Shown: in pieces, positions 9,651-20,400 of the stretch
How positions within the stretch are numbered: position 1 is the first letter of the stretch
Layout: every line of letters begins with the position of its first letter
Assembly: GCA_008690995.1 (NCBI GenBank)
Contig: VRMN01000014.1
Coordinates: 248,001 to 312,000, forward strand
DNA length: 64,000 bases
Direction of reading: 5' to 3'
Source: Porphyridium purpureum
Lineage: Eukaryota
The notes under the pieces: model-generated
The model's database searches: none
Told to the model about the DNA's origin: nothing
What the model saw: only the letters and a program-made list of their open reading frames with translations
Program-made: the position numbers and the translations under genes

Positions 9651-11153
9651 GGCGTAACTCTGTGCGTTTACGTCCTAGCACAAAACGACGTATATAGAGC
9701 ACCTAATGTATACCACAATGTCTATCACGTATTGTCCTACTCCCGAAGGCCCTGAGAGCGTCTTTTTTCCTTCTTTCAGCAGTCAATATTGCGTTGTATG
9801 GTGATGCAATGAAGCTTTTCACCACCTTTGCTAGATGTGTTTCTCTCCACTTTCTTTGCATCGTCCACTTGCGAAATCCAGGGCTTCTTCTATTCTGTCC
9901 GCTCTCCGTCTCGCGCAACCAATCGCGCCAAATTTGCTTTCCCCTTAAAACCCCAAAATTAAATATGAACTGTGTATTTTCTGTTATGAATTGGACGGTC
10001 CCTTGTTCGTTTTGGTCGCTCCTGAGCTGCGTGGTCGCGCGTCGGAATGTGCTACTGGGCGTATCTGCTTCCTTGCATGCAGGGTCCAAGGCGGCGTCAT
10101 TTCAGGTTACACGCTCAAGGTCGTGCGTGCGGTGGAGCGAGCATATGCAGAGGAGCTAGACTGTGCATCCATGTTGGGAGCTCGGGATCCGGCAAGATTC
10201 ACTGAATTCGTAGCGCTGGGAACAGTAGTGCCCCGTGGATGGCTGTAGGTTTGAATTTACAATGCCTTGATAGCGTGACATCTCAGTTGCACATGAACGA
10301 GAACTCATCACCCGAGCTGTCTTCTTGGCAGGCAGTATGACTGATTGGTGCTGCGCGTTCGCTGCGTTTTCCAAGAAATCATGCGGCGCGCAATTTCTGC
10401 AATACCGAGAAGAGTTCAGATGTTAGGTCTCGCTAATTCATGCCGCCGGACTGGAGCGCAATAAATTTCCACGGCGATGCGGTCGGCTGCGCTCTATTTT
10501 CGACCTGGCGCGCAATAATTTTCCTGATGAAGCTCGTGCATTTAGCCGCGACCCTCTTGTTCTTACTCATCTGCATCATACCTTGACATCACGATACGTC
10601 CCTCGCTGTCTCTACCCACCGCACGCAAGGATGGCATTTCAAGAGAGTGTAAAGCCATGAATTGTCAGCGCGTTTGCAAGCATGTTCCTTGAAACTGAAT
10701 TCATGGATCGCAGCTCATCGACTCCACTACTGTCACCATCCGCTAAAAGCAAACAGAGCAACGTACAGCAGACCCGAACACGAGCTTGCGTGCGAACATA
10801 TGGGCAGCTGCAAGACGTCACTCAAGGCTTGCTGCTCAGCAGCGCCATGCCGCTTGGTGCGTGCTGCATCAACATCTGTTCAAAGTTTTCATAGTACGGA
10901 ACAAAGTCTGATGGTGCACCATTTGCGAAACGTGCGCGATTGTCGGACGGAGCAAGTCTGACGGCATGGCTGCGATATGTACACCAGTAAGATGACGGCT
11001 CTGAGCGCGCGACCAGTCGTCTTTTCAGCTGCATGAAGCGCACTTCCAAGCCTTTCCAGTTGACGAGAAAAATTTTCAACGTTTCGCTGGTTCATGCTGA
11101 AGGCGGTCGGTGGCATAGAACTCGGGGAATAGTTATGACCACGAGCTTAGGTT

Positions 11154-13622
11154 TTACAGTAGACCCATGCTCATGTTCGCAGCGGGGGCGGACAACATCG
11201 CACCCCTCGCGGCTGTCCCATTCATGTGAGCGCCCGCGGCAATGGCTGCCTCGGTCAGCAGCGCCGTTCCAATCTGAGCCTGCTGCGACAGGGGCTGCGC
11301 CATCTCTTTCAGAAATTGTTTTGCACCCGTTACGCACATCTCCGTGTCGAGGTCGAGAAGCTTGTCTTCCATACAGCCCAAAATCCAAGGCGGTAGCTTG
11401 TTCTTTTTGTCTGCGCGCACGTAGCGCTTGTCGGCCAGCACCATAATGCCATAGTCTGCCTTGCTGCGAATGACGCGCCCCACACACTGACTGGCCTGCC
11501 GCATCGCGTCAAACGACAGGTAGTCGTTTTCGCGGATGTGGTTCACTTCGCGCATGTACTCGAGCCGAGCGCGCAGCGTGCGCGACTCGGTGTATTGGAA
11601 TGGCACACCGATCATCACCACGCAGCGCCCATAGTGCTGATCAAAATCAATGCCTTCAGCGACCTTGCCGCGTGCCACTGAGAAAAATACCGCGCCACGC
11701 CCTTGGTCGACGGCGCGCCGAAAGTTGTCCAGTGCCAGTGATGCCTCGATGGTGTCTGGCGTCTCGATAAATACGAGCTTGAGCTCAGCGATGCGCTGCA
11801 GCACGCCGGTTTCACTCCACGCCTGAATGACCATCTCCATATATATGTAAGACACGAAGAACACGACCATGCCATCCGGTACGACCGCTGCGAGCTCGAT
11901 CACCAGGCTGCCGTAATTGCGAATCACCGCCGCGTCGTTGCGAAGCTCGTATTTGGATGAAATGGGCTGCTGGTCGCTCCCGCGCGACACAATCATTGGC
12001 GCGATGCACTTGCGCGCAAGACTCATGGTAAAGCTGCGCGACACGACTGGCTGAAAGCCTAGGATGCGGCTGTACATATCCAGCGGCGACAATGTTCCGG
12101 ACGTCAGCACGACGGTCTGGAAGCGCTCGAATACGGGCTGCATCGCCAGCGTCGAATCAAGGCACGCAAGCTGCAGAATAGGGTCCGGAATGCTGGGCAG
12201 TCGCTCGTCGTACGGCTCAAAAATCACGCCGAACGAGCGCGTGTTGCCATAGGCTCCCAGCAGGGTTGCAAAGTCGGCCACGCAGTTTAGCGGTGAGTAT
12301 TCGGCCATGTCCGTGACCTCGAGCGTAAATAAGAGGCTTTTGAGACGCTCGCTGCAGCAGCGGAGCGTTTTAACGTCGGTCAGTAGCGAGCCCGCCACCT
12401 GGTGGGTGAAGAGGCGAGCCGATTCTTGGGTGACACTTTGCGCCTGCATTTTGCGCCGCAGATGGTCCACAATGCGGCGAAGATACATCACGAAATGTTC
12501 TGCCTTTCTCAGACTTCCCGGCACGCTTTCCTGTTCGGGCAGATCATGAGGCAGGACTGGGGATGCCAAGAGCGCGTCAGTTAGCTGGTTCTGAGCCACG
12601 CTAGCAGGCAGCAAGTTTTGGGCCGAGAAGGACGCCACTAATCGTTCGTACTCCTCCTGCAGGCGGCCGGCGTTGGTCTCGCGCGTCTCCCGAATCTTGT
12701 TTGTCAAGGTGCTCAAGTTGCCCAGACAACGATTCAGCGTGTCCTGCTTGATATTTACACTCAGCGCTTCGATGCAAACATTATCAATGTTGTGAGCCTC
12801 ATCAAAAACCACCACGGACTCTCTGGCGAGGTCCTTGCTAATTAGCCCGGCCACCTTTGGATCCAGGAGGTACTGATAATTGTAAACCACCACGTTGGCC
12901 ACGTTGATGGCATGCCTGGCGGTAAAATAGGGGCACCACTGGTGCTCGCGGCCAAAGGCCATGAGACGATCCATTGTGTACACACCAGACGGCATGATGG
13001 TTTCGCGCCCTTTGGCTTCAAAGTTCTCATAGTACTTGCACAGCGCCGGGTTCTCTGGTGCCTCGGACGCCTGCGTATCGATTTCCATCGCACTACCGCT
13101 GCCTGGGGCATGCGACGCAGCAGGCGCAGATTCTGACGCGTGCTGAGCGCGAACCCACGACGCGGTCATACTTCGACAAATGCTGTCTGCCTCCTCGCGC
13201 GATTCGGCGCTCACCACGCTTTCGTGCAAGCACAGATTCCGCCGCGTGGTCAGGCCAACCGCCAGCAATTTGCGATTCACACCATGGTCACTTACAAGCG
13301 CCGATGATCCCGCGGCGCTATTTTCGCGCTGCAACGCGTCGTTTCGGTACTGCAGCACGCGCTCCAACTCGTGCAGGACCTTGTCCATTTCGCCGACGGT
13401 GCGCGTACAGTAGATGAGCTTGGATACCTCTGGCCGAATCAGCTGGTACGAGCAGATAAAGGATAGCAGCGTGACGGTCTTTCCCGTTCCCGTGGGCATC
13501 TCAAGGACGCAGTGCCCGCGCGCATCCAGCGCGCGCTTCAGCTCACACATGTACGCATACTGCTCCGGGTACATGTACTCGTACGGAAAGTACACGGGCA
13601 CGCCGTCCACAAACACGCGCAT
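11154..13622 (-). CDS. XPD: TFIIH/NER helicase XPD (Rad3/ERCC2)
   Basis: FPYEYMYPEQ, EMPTGTGKT, Fe-S cysteines, FDEAHNIDN, TSGTLSP, RGKVAEGIDF, QCVGRVIR. ATG at 13622. Confidence 0.97.
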   Translation of the reverse strand: MRVFVDGVPVYFPYEYMYPEQYAYMCELKRALDARGHCVLEMPTGTGKTVTLLSFICSYQLIRPEVSKLIYCTRTVGEMDKVLHELERVLQYRNDALQRENSAAGSSALVSDHGVNRKLLAVGLTTRRNLCLHESVVSAESREEADSICRSMTASWVRAQHASESAPAASHAPGSGSAMEIDTQASEAPENPALCKYYENFEAKGRETIMPSGVYTMDRLMAFGREHQWCPYFTARHAINVANVVVYNYQYLLDPKVAGLISKDLARESVVVFDEAHNIDNVCIEALSVNIKQDTLNRCLGNLSTLTNKIRETRETNAGRLQEEYERLVASFSAQNLLPASVAQNQLTDALLASPVLPHDLPEQESVPGSLRKAEHFVMYLRRIVDHLRRKMQAQSVTQESARLFTHQVAGSLLTDVKTLRCCSERLKSLLFTLEVTDMAEYSPLNCVADFATLLGAYGNTRSFGVIFEPYDERLPSIPDPILQLACLDSTLAMQPVFERFQTVVLTSGTLSPLDMYSRILGFQPVVSRSFTMSLARKCIAPMIVSRGSDQQPISSKYELRNDAAVIRNYGSLVIELAAVVPDGMVVFFVSYIYMEMVIQAWSETGVLQRIAELKLVFIETPDTIEASLALDNFRRAVDQGRGAVFFSVARGKVAEGIDFDQHYGRCVVMIGVPFQYTESRTLRARLEYMREVNHIRENDYLSFDAMRQASQCVGRVIRSKADYGIMVLADKRYVRADKKNKLPPWILGCMEDKLLDLDTEMCVTGAKQFLKEMAQPLSQQAQIGTALLTEAAIAAGAHMNGTAARGAMLSAPAANMSMGLL

Positions 13623-13861
13623 GCTGCTCGCGCCGCTGTGACTGCGTGACGGCCTTGCTTTCGCCACGCGCTCGTCACGCACATCGCTCCTTGTGTCTGT
13701 CCGTCACAAACCCTCGTCCTTTTACTAATCAAACGGGCTGCTTTAACACAAAGTGTGACACATGGACACGAGCGAATGTTTGGCTTGGTTGTGCGAGCAG
13801 GCGCGTGAAGGGCGCGAGGAAGACGAGGCGGCAGAGACACGCGGTGCGTTGGCGTTGAACG

Positions 13862-14332
13862 ATGGATTCGGCGGATGGATACGATGCGACGACGTTCAGT
13901 CTGCGCGTGTCGAATGGACTGATCGGGTCGATGGCCGCTCGCGCGATGGGCCGCGCGCCTCGAGCGGGAGACGCGCGGCCGCGCAACGCGCGCGAGCGCG
14001 AGCTTGTACAGCAAGTGGAGGCAGAGTATGCTGCGCAGATCCGAGCTCTGCGCTCGGCGCTGAGAGATTCGAAGAGGATATCGCAGGTATCGAAGACTGG
14101 GCCTTCTGCGGTTGCGGCCGCGCGGTCTGACGAGGAGCTGGTGGGCGTGGCGCGCGAGTATGTGCAGTCGTTGCACGCCGACGCGTACCCATTCACGCCC
14201 AAACCGCTGCGTTGCGAGCCGCAGCGCAAGGCGTTCATGGCGTGCATGTCCTCCAACTCGCAGGACATCATGGCCTGCGCAGAGAGCGTGCACGCGCTGT
14301 CTGCGTGCTCACGCGCCACACCGGCCTTGTGA
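13862..14332 (+). CDS. Twin CX9C (CHCH) protein, Mic19/CHCHD3-like
   Basis: Coiled-coil-like middle region and C-terminal C-X9-C-X10-C-X9-C. Confidence 0.7.
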   Translation: MDSADGYDATTFSLRVSNGLIGSMAARAMGRAPRAGDARPRNARERELVQQVEAEYAAQIRALRSALRDSKRISQVSKTGPSAVAAARSDEELVGVAREYVQSLHADAYPFTPKPLRCEPQRKAFMACMSSNSQDIMACAESVHALSACSRATPAL

Positions 14333-14400
14333 CGCCCCGCTACATTTCCGCATCGACTGAAAACACGCCAACTTTTATTTCTCTCTGTGTGTCTTTCTCT

Positions 14401-14432
14401 GTGTGGGTGTGTGTGTGTGTGTCTGTCTGTGT
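14401..14432. repeat. (GT)n microsatellite
   Basis: Direct reading. Confidence 0.85.
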
Positions 14433-15139
14433 GGTTATCATACTCGGAGAGTAACCCAAGCCACGGCTCACATACGAACGCAGAACAGCGCAAGCCGACA
14501 CCGCATCAAAACTCCCCACCACGCCAGGACCCGCGTTCATTTCACATTTTCTGCGACATCCACCCTGTCGACTTCCATACAGTCGACGCGCCGCGCGACA
14601 TTGCAGACCGCGCCGTGCCGCGCCGTGCCGAACCGCGCCGCGCACACCACACAGGCCGCATTCCGACGCAGACCGCTGTCGTCACCGCAGCCGCCACCCG
14701 CCTCCACTCGACCCGCGCCCGCCCCACACAAACTGTACCCACCTCCACAACTGTACCTCGGCCTCCATACCACGCTAGGGTTCCTACGTCGCTTAGGGTT
14801 CGGGTTCCGCCCAATCGGCTCACGGCGAATCGGTTAACTCGTTTAGCCTGTAACCGTTAACCGTTAACCGATGAGTTGCGGTGCGGTGTGAAGCGGCGCG
14901 CGGCTATTGGGGCTGCTGCCATGGTCGACTCGCGCCCGACTGCGCGGGAGAAACGCGTGGTCCAGGCCACGCACGAAGCGGGCCGCACGCCGTGGCCCAC
15001 ATAGGCAGAGTGGCGCGAGTCCGGGGCTCCAACAATGACGCGGCCACTGCCGCTTGTGGCGCCAGTCAACATATTCCCGGCACGGTCGGGGGAGTACCAA
15101 CCCGCCGCCTCCCGAGCCGTAACGCCGCTCCAAAAAAAT

Positions 15140-15315
15140 AACCCGAACCCTAGAATTCACGAGGTACAGCGCAAAGTACAGCGAGGGTCCAGTGAAAAGT
15201 ACAGCTGCACCGCTAGGGTTAGACCGCGCGTCACAAACCCTAATCGCGCGTGTCCAGTAAAAGTGGGCCGTTTACACAGAAACGTGCAAACCCTAGGAAC
15301 CCTGGAAACCCTAGC
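15140..15315 (+). promoter_or_regulatory. Telo-box-like (AAACCCTA) and GTACAG motif cluster upstream of RtcB
   Basis: AACCCTA-type motifs at ~15147, 15213(rc), 15235, 15288, 15306; GTACAG at 15164, 15176, 15199. Confidence 0.55.
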
Positions 15316-15473
15316 GGGGGGAAGGAAGTGCGGACGCGGACGCAGCGGGGACGCGGTGGCGCGGACGCGGAGGCGGCGCGTGTGCGTGTGCGTGGCTGGC
15401 GGCGTGCGAGAGTGTGTGTGGGTGTGTGTGTGTGTGTTTGGGGTGGGGGGCGCGGCGGCGGTGGGTCGGGAGG

Positions 15474-17246
15474 ATGGGCGTCGTACAGTCGGTGTTGTGG
15501 GGGGGCACGCGGGGCGGCGAGGCAGACGCGGTGGTGGGTGCGAAGCGCGCGCGGGACGGTGTGACCAAGTTGGCAATTGTGGCGCCGCGCGAAGAGGGGC
15601 GTGTTGGGAAGAAGGCCAGGAAGGAGATGAACAGAGAGGCGCAGATGGCATTGCAGAGGGAGCGCGAGGAGCAGAAGCGCGCGGACAGGAGGGCGCTGCA
15701 GCAGGCGCCAAAGGACCTCAGGAGCCCGGAAGAGCTCCGCGCGTACGTGCGCGTCGTCAACGACAACATGATTGAAATTGCACAGGGGCTCGTGCCAAAC
15801 ATGATTGCGCCCGCGCGCTGTTTTGTGAACGCGCCGCTGTACCGGACGCTCATGGAGGAGCTGGTGGGCTCGACGGGCGAGAAGGGACAGACCTCGGCCA
15901 TGCTGCCGTCGCTGAAGCAGGTGGCAAACGTCGCGTCGCTGCCGGGCGTCGTGGGCAGCGTCGCCATGCCAGATATCCACTGCGGCTATGGGTTTGCCAT
16001 TGGAAACGTCGCCGCAGTCGACATGGACGCGCCAGGCGCCGTGGTGTCGCCAGGCGGCGTCGGGTTTGACATTAATTGCGGCATGCGGCTCATCCGCACA
16101 AACCTCACCAAGGAGGATATTCTTCAGCCGGGAGTGCAAGCCAAGCTGGCAGACACCTTGTTCAAAGAAGTTCCGACCGGCGTGGGCTGTTCGAGCTCGT
16201 TTCATTGCACCAAGGAACGGCTGGACGACATTCTGACGCACGGCATGGCCGCTCTGCAGGACACCGAGTACGTGTGGCCTGAGGACGCTGCGCACGTGGA
16301 AGAAGGCGGCTGCATCAGCGGCGCGGACGCACGCAAGGTAAGCGACCGTGCGAAGAAGCGCGGCATTCCGCAAATTGGCACCCTCGGCAGCGGCAACCAC
16401 TTTAGCGAGGTGCAAGTCGTGGAGGAAATCTTCAACCCCGAAGCCGCGGCCGCCATGGGCATCTCCCAGGTCGGGCAGGTGTGCATTATGATCCACAGTG
16501 GCTCGCGCGGGCTGGGTCACCAAGTGTGCACTGACTATTTACAGCAGATTGATAAGTTTTTAAGCGAGCACCCGCTCGAGCTGAACGACCGGCAGCTGGC
16601 GTGCGTGCCGATTCACTCCTCCATTGGACAAAGCTACCTGAGCGCGATGGCTGCCGCAGCCAACTTTGCGTTCTGCAATCGCTCCATGATGACTGCGCAG
16701 GTGCGCTCGGCCTTCTCCAAGGTGTTTGGGAAGCCCGCGCGCGACATGGACATGCATGTTGTTTACGACGTGTGCCACAACATTGCCAAAATTGAGGAGC
16801 ATTTACGGCCGGGCTCAAAGACTGAAACGTTTAGCGCGCTGGTGCACCGAAAGGGCGCGACGCGCGCGTTCGGCCCGGGTCATCCGTCGCTTCCGGACGA
16901 CTACAAGGCGTGTGGCCAGCCAGTCATTGTGGGAGGCAGTATGGGCACGTTCTCGTACGTGCTCACAGGTACACAGGTCGCAATGGAAACGACATTTGGC
17001 AGCACTTGCCACGGCGCCGGCCGACAGCTGAGCCGCGTGCAAGCGCTCAGGAAACTGGAAGGCAAGGACGTCCTCGAAGCGATGAAGCGCAAGGGCATTG
17101 AATTGCGCGTGCGCAACGCCAAGCTGGTAGCCGAGGAGGCATGTGAGGCGTACAAGGACGTATCGGATGTCACAGATGTATGCCAGGACGCCGGTATTTC
17201 GCTCAAGTGCGTCAAACTGCGCTCGCTGGTTGTAGTAAAGGGTTGA
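15474..17246 (+). CDS. RTCB: tRNA-splicing ligase RtcB
   Basis: PDIHCGYGFAIG, GGVGFDINCG, GTLGSGNHF, HSGSRGLGHQVC, CHNIAK, HRKGATRAF, STCHGAGR. First ATG at 15474. Confidence 0.96.
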   Translation: MGVVQSVLWGGTRGGEADAVVGAKRARDGVTKLAIVAPREEGRVGKKARKEMNREAQMALQREREEQKRADRRALQQAPKDLRSPEELRAYVRVVNDNMIEIAQGLVPNMIAPARCFVNAPLYRTLMEELVGSTGEKGQTSAMLPSLKQVANVASLPGVVGSVAMPDIHCGYGFAIGNVAAVDMDAPGAVVSPGGVGFDINCGMRLIRTNLTKEDILQPGVQAKLADTLFKEVPTGVGCSSSFHCTKERLDDILTHGMAALQDTEYVWPEDAAHVEEGGCISGADARKVSDRAKKRGIPQIGTLGSGNHFSEVQVVEEIFNPEAAAAMGISQVGQVCIMIHSGSRGLGHQVCTDYLQQIDKFLSEHPLELNDRQLACVPIHSSIGQSYLSAMAAAANFAFCNRSMMTAQVRSAFSKVFGKPARDMDMHVVYDVCHNIAKIEEHLRPGSKTETFSALVHRKGATRAFGPGHPSLPDDYKACGQPVIVGGSMGTFSYVLTGTQVAMETTFGSTCHGAGRQLSRVQALRKLEGKDVLEAMKRKGIELRVRNAKLVAEEACEAYKDVSDVTDVCQDAGISLKCVKLRSLVVVKG

Positions 17247-17420
17247 ACACACAGACCACAGCAGCTTGCTTGTAGTAAAGTTTTTCGTTATTTTCTTTGT
17301 GGTTTTCGTTTTTTTTCCTTTTCTTTTCCACGTTATCTTCTTTGCTTTCTTGTGCTCGTCGCACCTCCTTCTGGGTCTCCAACTACCTCCAGCGAGCCAT
17401 TCCGCGGGTTCAAATTCGAG

Positions 17421-20400
17421 CTACTCTACCCGCAAGCGCTTTCCACTGATCGTCGACTGATCGGGCTCCACGACGCGCTTCCTCTCGCTGTCGGGATCGC
17501 CGTCGCCACTATCGCTCTGATCGCGCTGCTCCAAGGCCTTTAATAGAATTCGACCCGCGGCCTTCCACGCGTCGGCTCGAACAAAACAGCAGTAAGGTCG
17601 ATGTTCGAGCAGAACATCGAACGCTTGCTCCTTTTCAAGAGTCTCCAGGTCAAGCTGCTGTCTGCAGAACTCACACTCAAGCACCACGCCATGCGCAAAA
17701 CGAGCATGGGCGCTGGTCTGAGCGCGAGCACCAAAATGCGGCATCGTCGTCCCGCCCCTTCTCTCCGTGCGGTTCCACTCTAGGTCTGAACAGTTGATCA
17801 GTGACGAGGCCGAGACGGGTACCCACCCGCAGATCGCCACCACAAGACTGAGCATCGAGGGCGCTCCGGCACTTTGGCTTTGTGCCTTGCACCGCTCGAA
17901 CATATTCCCCAACGCGTCAATCGCTCGCTCGGCCACCACTACATTCATCGCCATGTCTTCCACGAGTCGGATGCGACTTGTCAAGGTAGCGGCGTACTCG
18001 CTTTCACTTTCATACGGCAGACTGCCAAACGCTGCTGGGCATAAATTCCCGATCCATCCGGACAGCACAGCGTGCCCCGCACCGCAAATCAATTCGAGCA
18101 CGCGTGCAGTCTCTTCCTCAGCACCAGGGCTCATGTCGTGCACACGCTCAGCTCTGAACACAATTTCTGCTCCATCCTCGCTCTTTAGCCTGTTGTAGCC
18201 GCTGTTATACCAGCCGCGCCTCGCGCACTCGACTGCGTCAATCGCCGGCGATTTGCACGCCCACCACGATGGTTTGAACGAGTGCAGGCGGCGCATGAAA
18301 TCTGCACGTTCCCACGGGCGACATTTCTTTTCCAGGGGAACGGAAGCTAAAAGATCCTCCGATTCAAGTGCGTTCTGGTGAAAACCACGAAGTGTCTTCG
18401 TGAGGCTGCGCACCGCTTCCAAAGCACTTTGCAAGTCAGAACCAGCTGCCGCTAGTTCACCTTTCGAGCGATTCAAGGACTCGCGAAGGTCAGTCATTTC
18501 AGCGTCAAGTTCCAGTTGTTCGGCGGTCCACTGCGCGGAGGGCTCGTTCTGTTCATTGGCACACGGCGGCGATGAAGCTCGGCACTCCACATCACGCGCG
18601 ATGCTATCACTTGGACGCATGGCTCCCGTTTCGACCCGCACATCACGATCGGGGTCTGATGTGGTCACTACTGGCGGAAGGGAGGGTTCTAGAAAGTGCG
18701 CCCCTTGATCGCTTTCACACTTTTCATCGTTGCCCTTTCCATGGTCGAGGGTAGGCTTCGTGACTGCCACGGCCTCGACAGTGGCTTCAGCGCCGGCTCC
18801 TTCCTCTGATTTTTCAACTTCCATACCGTCGTAAAGAGCAGAAAATTGCCGCGGCGCCGTATCAGGCGCCATGTCGACGGGAGGACCATGATCACTAGGG
18901 TCAATTACCTTGGCATTCGCTTGACTTTCAGGTCCCGGCGTTTCGCGGTCTACATCCTGTACAATGTTGAGATCGATGGGTGACCCAGGATGGACTGTAA
19001 CAGATTCTGTATCCATCGCACTGGCTGCTGCCGGCTCCGTCGCTTGATCTTCTTGACTTTCAAACACGACTGTGCTACCTTGATCATGATCACCCTCTTT
19101 TGATAGTGCGAGAGCAGTGTCAATAAGTACTTCGGATGGCTTTTCTGCCGGTGCTGCAGAAATGTCTGATGTGAATCCCGGGACGTCTGATGGTCCTGCA
19201 TCAGCACGCGTCTCAGCCTCCCCAGCAGAAACGGACGGCACGGCTGCTTCTTTAGGCAACAAACTTGTCGCAGCTGGTAATGTCTGGAGATTTTCATCCA
19301 CATTCTTCTCCTGATGCTCTGCGCTTTTGGCCTCTCGGGTGTCAGAGCCTGAAACTTTCTTTTGCTTTAGCTTTAGCAGTCGCGCTTTCAGTTTCTGCGC
19401 TTGCGCTTCTTTCGAGAGCGATGACGAAGATCCTTTTGCCAACTGACCGCCAGCGCTGCCACTTGCGCGTACGTCTTGCGTTGCTGTACTCGCTTCCAGC
19501 GGAGCGACCTGCACTTTGGGTGACGAAGCTTGAAGCGCAGGTCCAGATGCAGGCGCACTGGCCGGCGCCCGCCCGATGCAATGCTGAAACTTGGCCAATA
19601 CCGTGTCGGCGTCTTCCACAGAAAGCAACTGCATGACAAAGCCGGCTTGGTCCGGCCCAAGCGGGTCCACCACAACTGATTTGAGCTTCAACTTGCGCAC
19701 CTGCATCAACGAAGTGATCGGCACCTGTTTGACAGTGTCCCGTGTCTCTTCGTTGACGAAATGAATCTCGCGCGTGTCCGCGTTTTCCCCGGACTGAAGC
19801 AACTGGAACTCGAGCCATCCACAATCCTCTCGCGGCGTCGTCGTGCTGCCAACATTATCCACCAACCGTGCACGGTACATCATGACAACATGGCTGCCAC
19901 CAGTCACGGGCAAGGCGCTTTCCTGGTACTTATGTGCTCCTGTACCGCTAGCCTTCACGTCTTCTTTCGCGGCGATATCAGTTTCCGTTTTGTGCTCTAA
20001 GCTCCCATTTTTGTGTTTGACCTTGTCATTTTCCGACGTTCCACCCCATTCCGGCGCGACCTGCAGCGGAACGCCGCCGAATGCCTGAGCACCAGGCACT
20101 ACCGATTGGCTTCCAAAAACAAACACTGGTGCCGGCGGAGCCGCCGACGTGTTTGGTGCGTCCTCGTCAGTGCTCATGTCACTATCGTCGTCATTATCGC
20201 CCTCGCCTTGGTTTTGCGAATCACCAGCGTTGGTCCCAGAAGCCCCAGCAAACGAAAAGTCCACGCCTCCTGCGGCCACTGCGGGTGCAAATACAAACGG
20301 AGAGGCCTCGACGGCAGGATCTCGCTTTTCCATGCTTTCCTCAGCTTGCGCAATCTCCGGCGCACCAACCGATCCATTGTCGCCCGAATCTGCCATAGCG

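Noticed and set aside
10555..10605. Resemblance to U2 snRNA (TGTTCTTA...GATACGTCC)
   Set aside because: Lacks the GTAGTA branch-recognition sequence, the U2 5' end and an Sm site.
15066..15135. ATATTCC plus hairpin as U17/snR30 m1 motif; AGG..AGC (14964-14980) as SRP helix 8
   Set aside because: No m2 (AAACCAU), H box or ACA box; the putative helix-8 apical stem does not pair.
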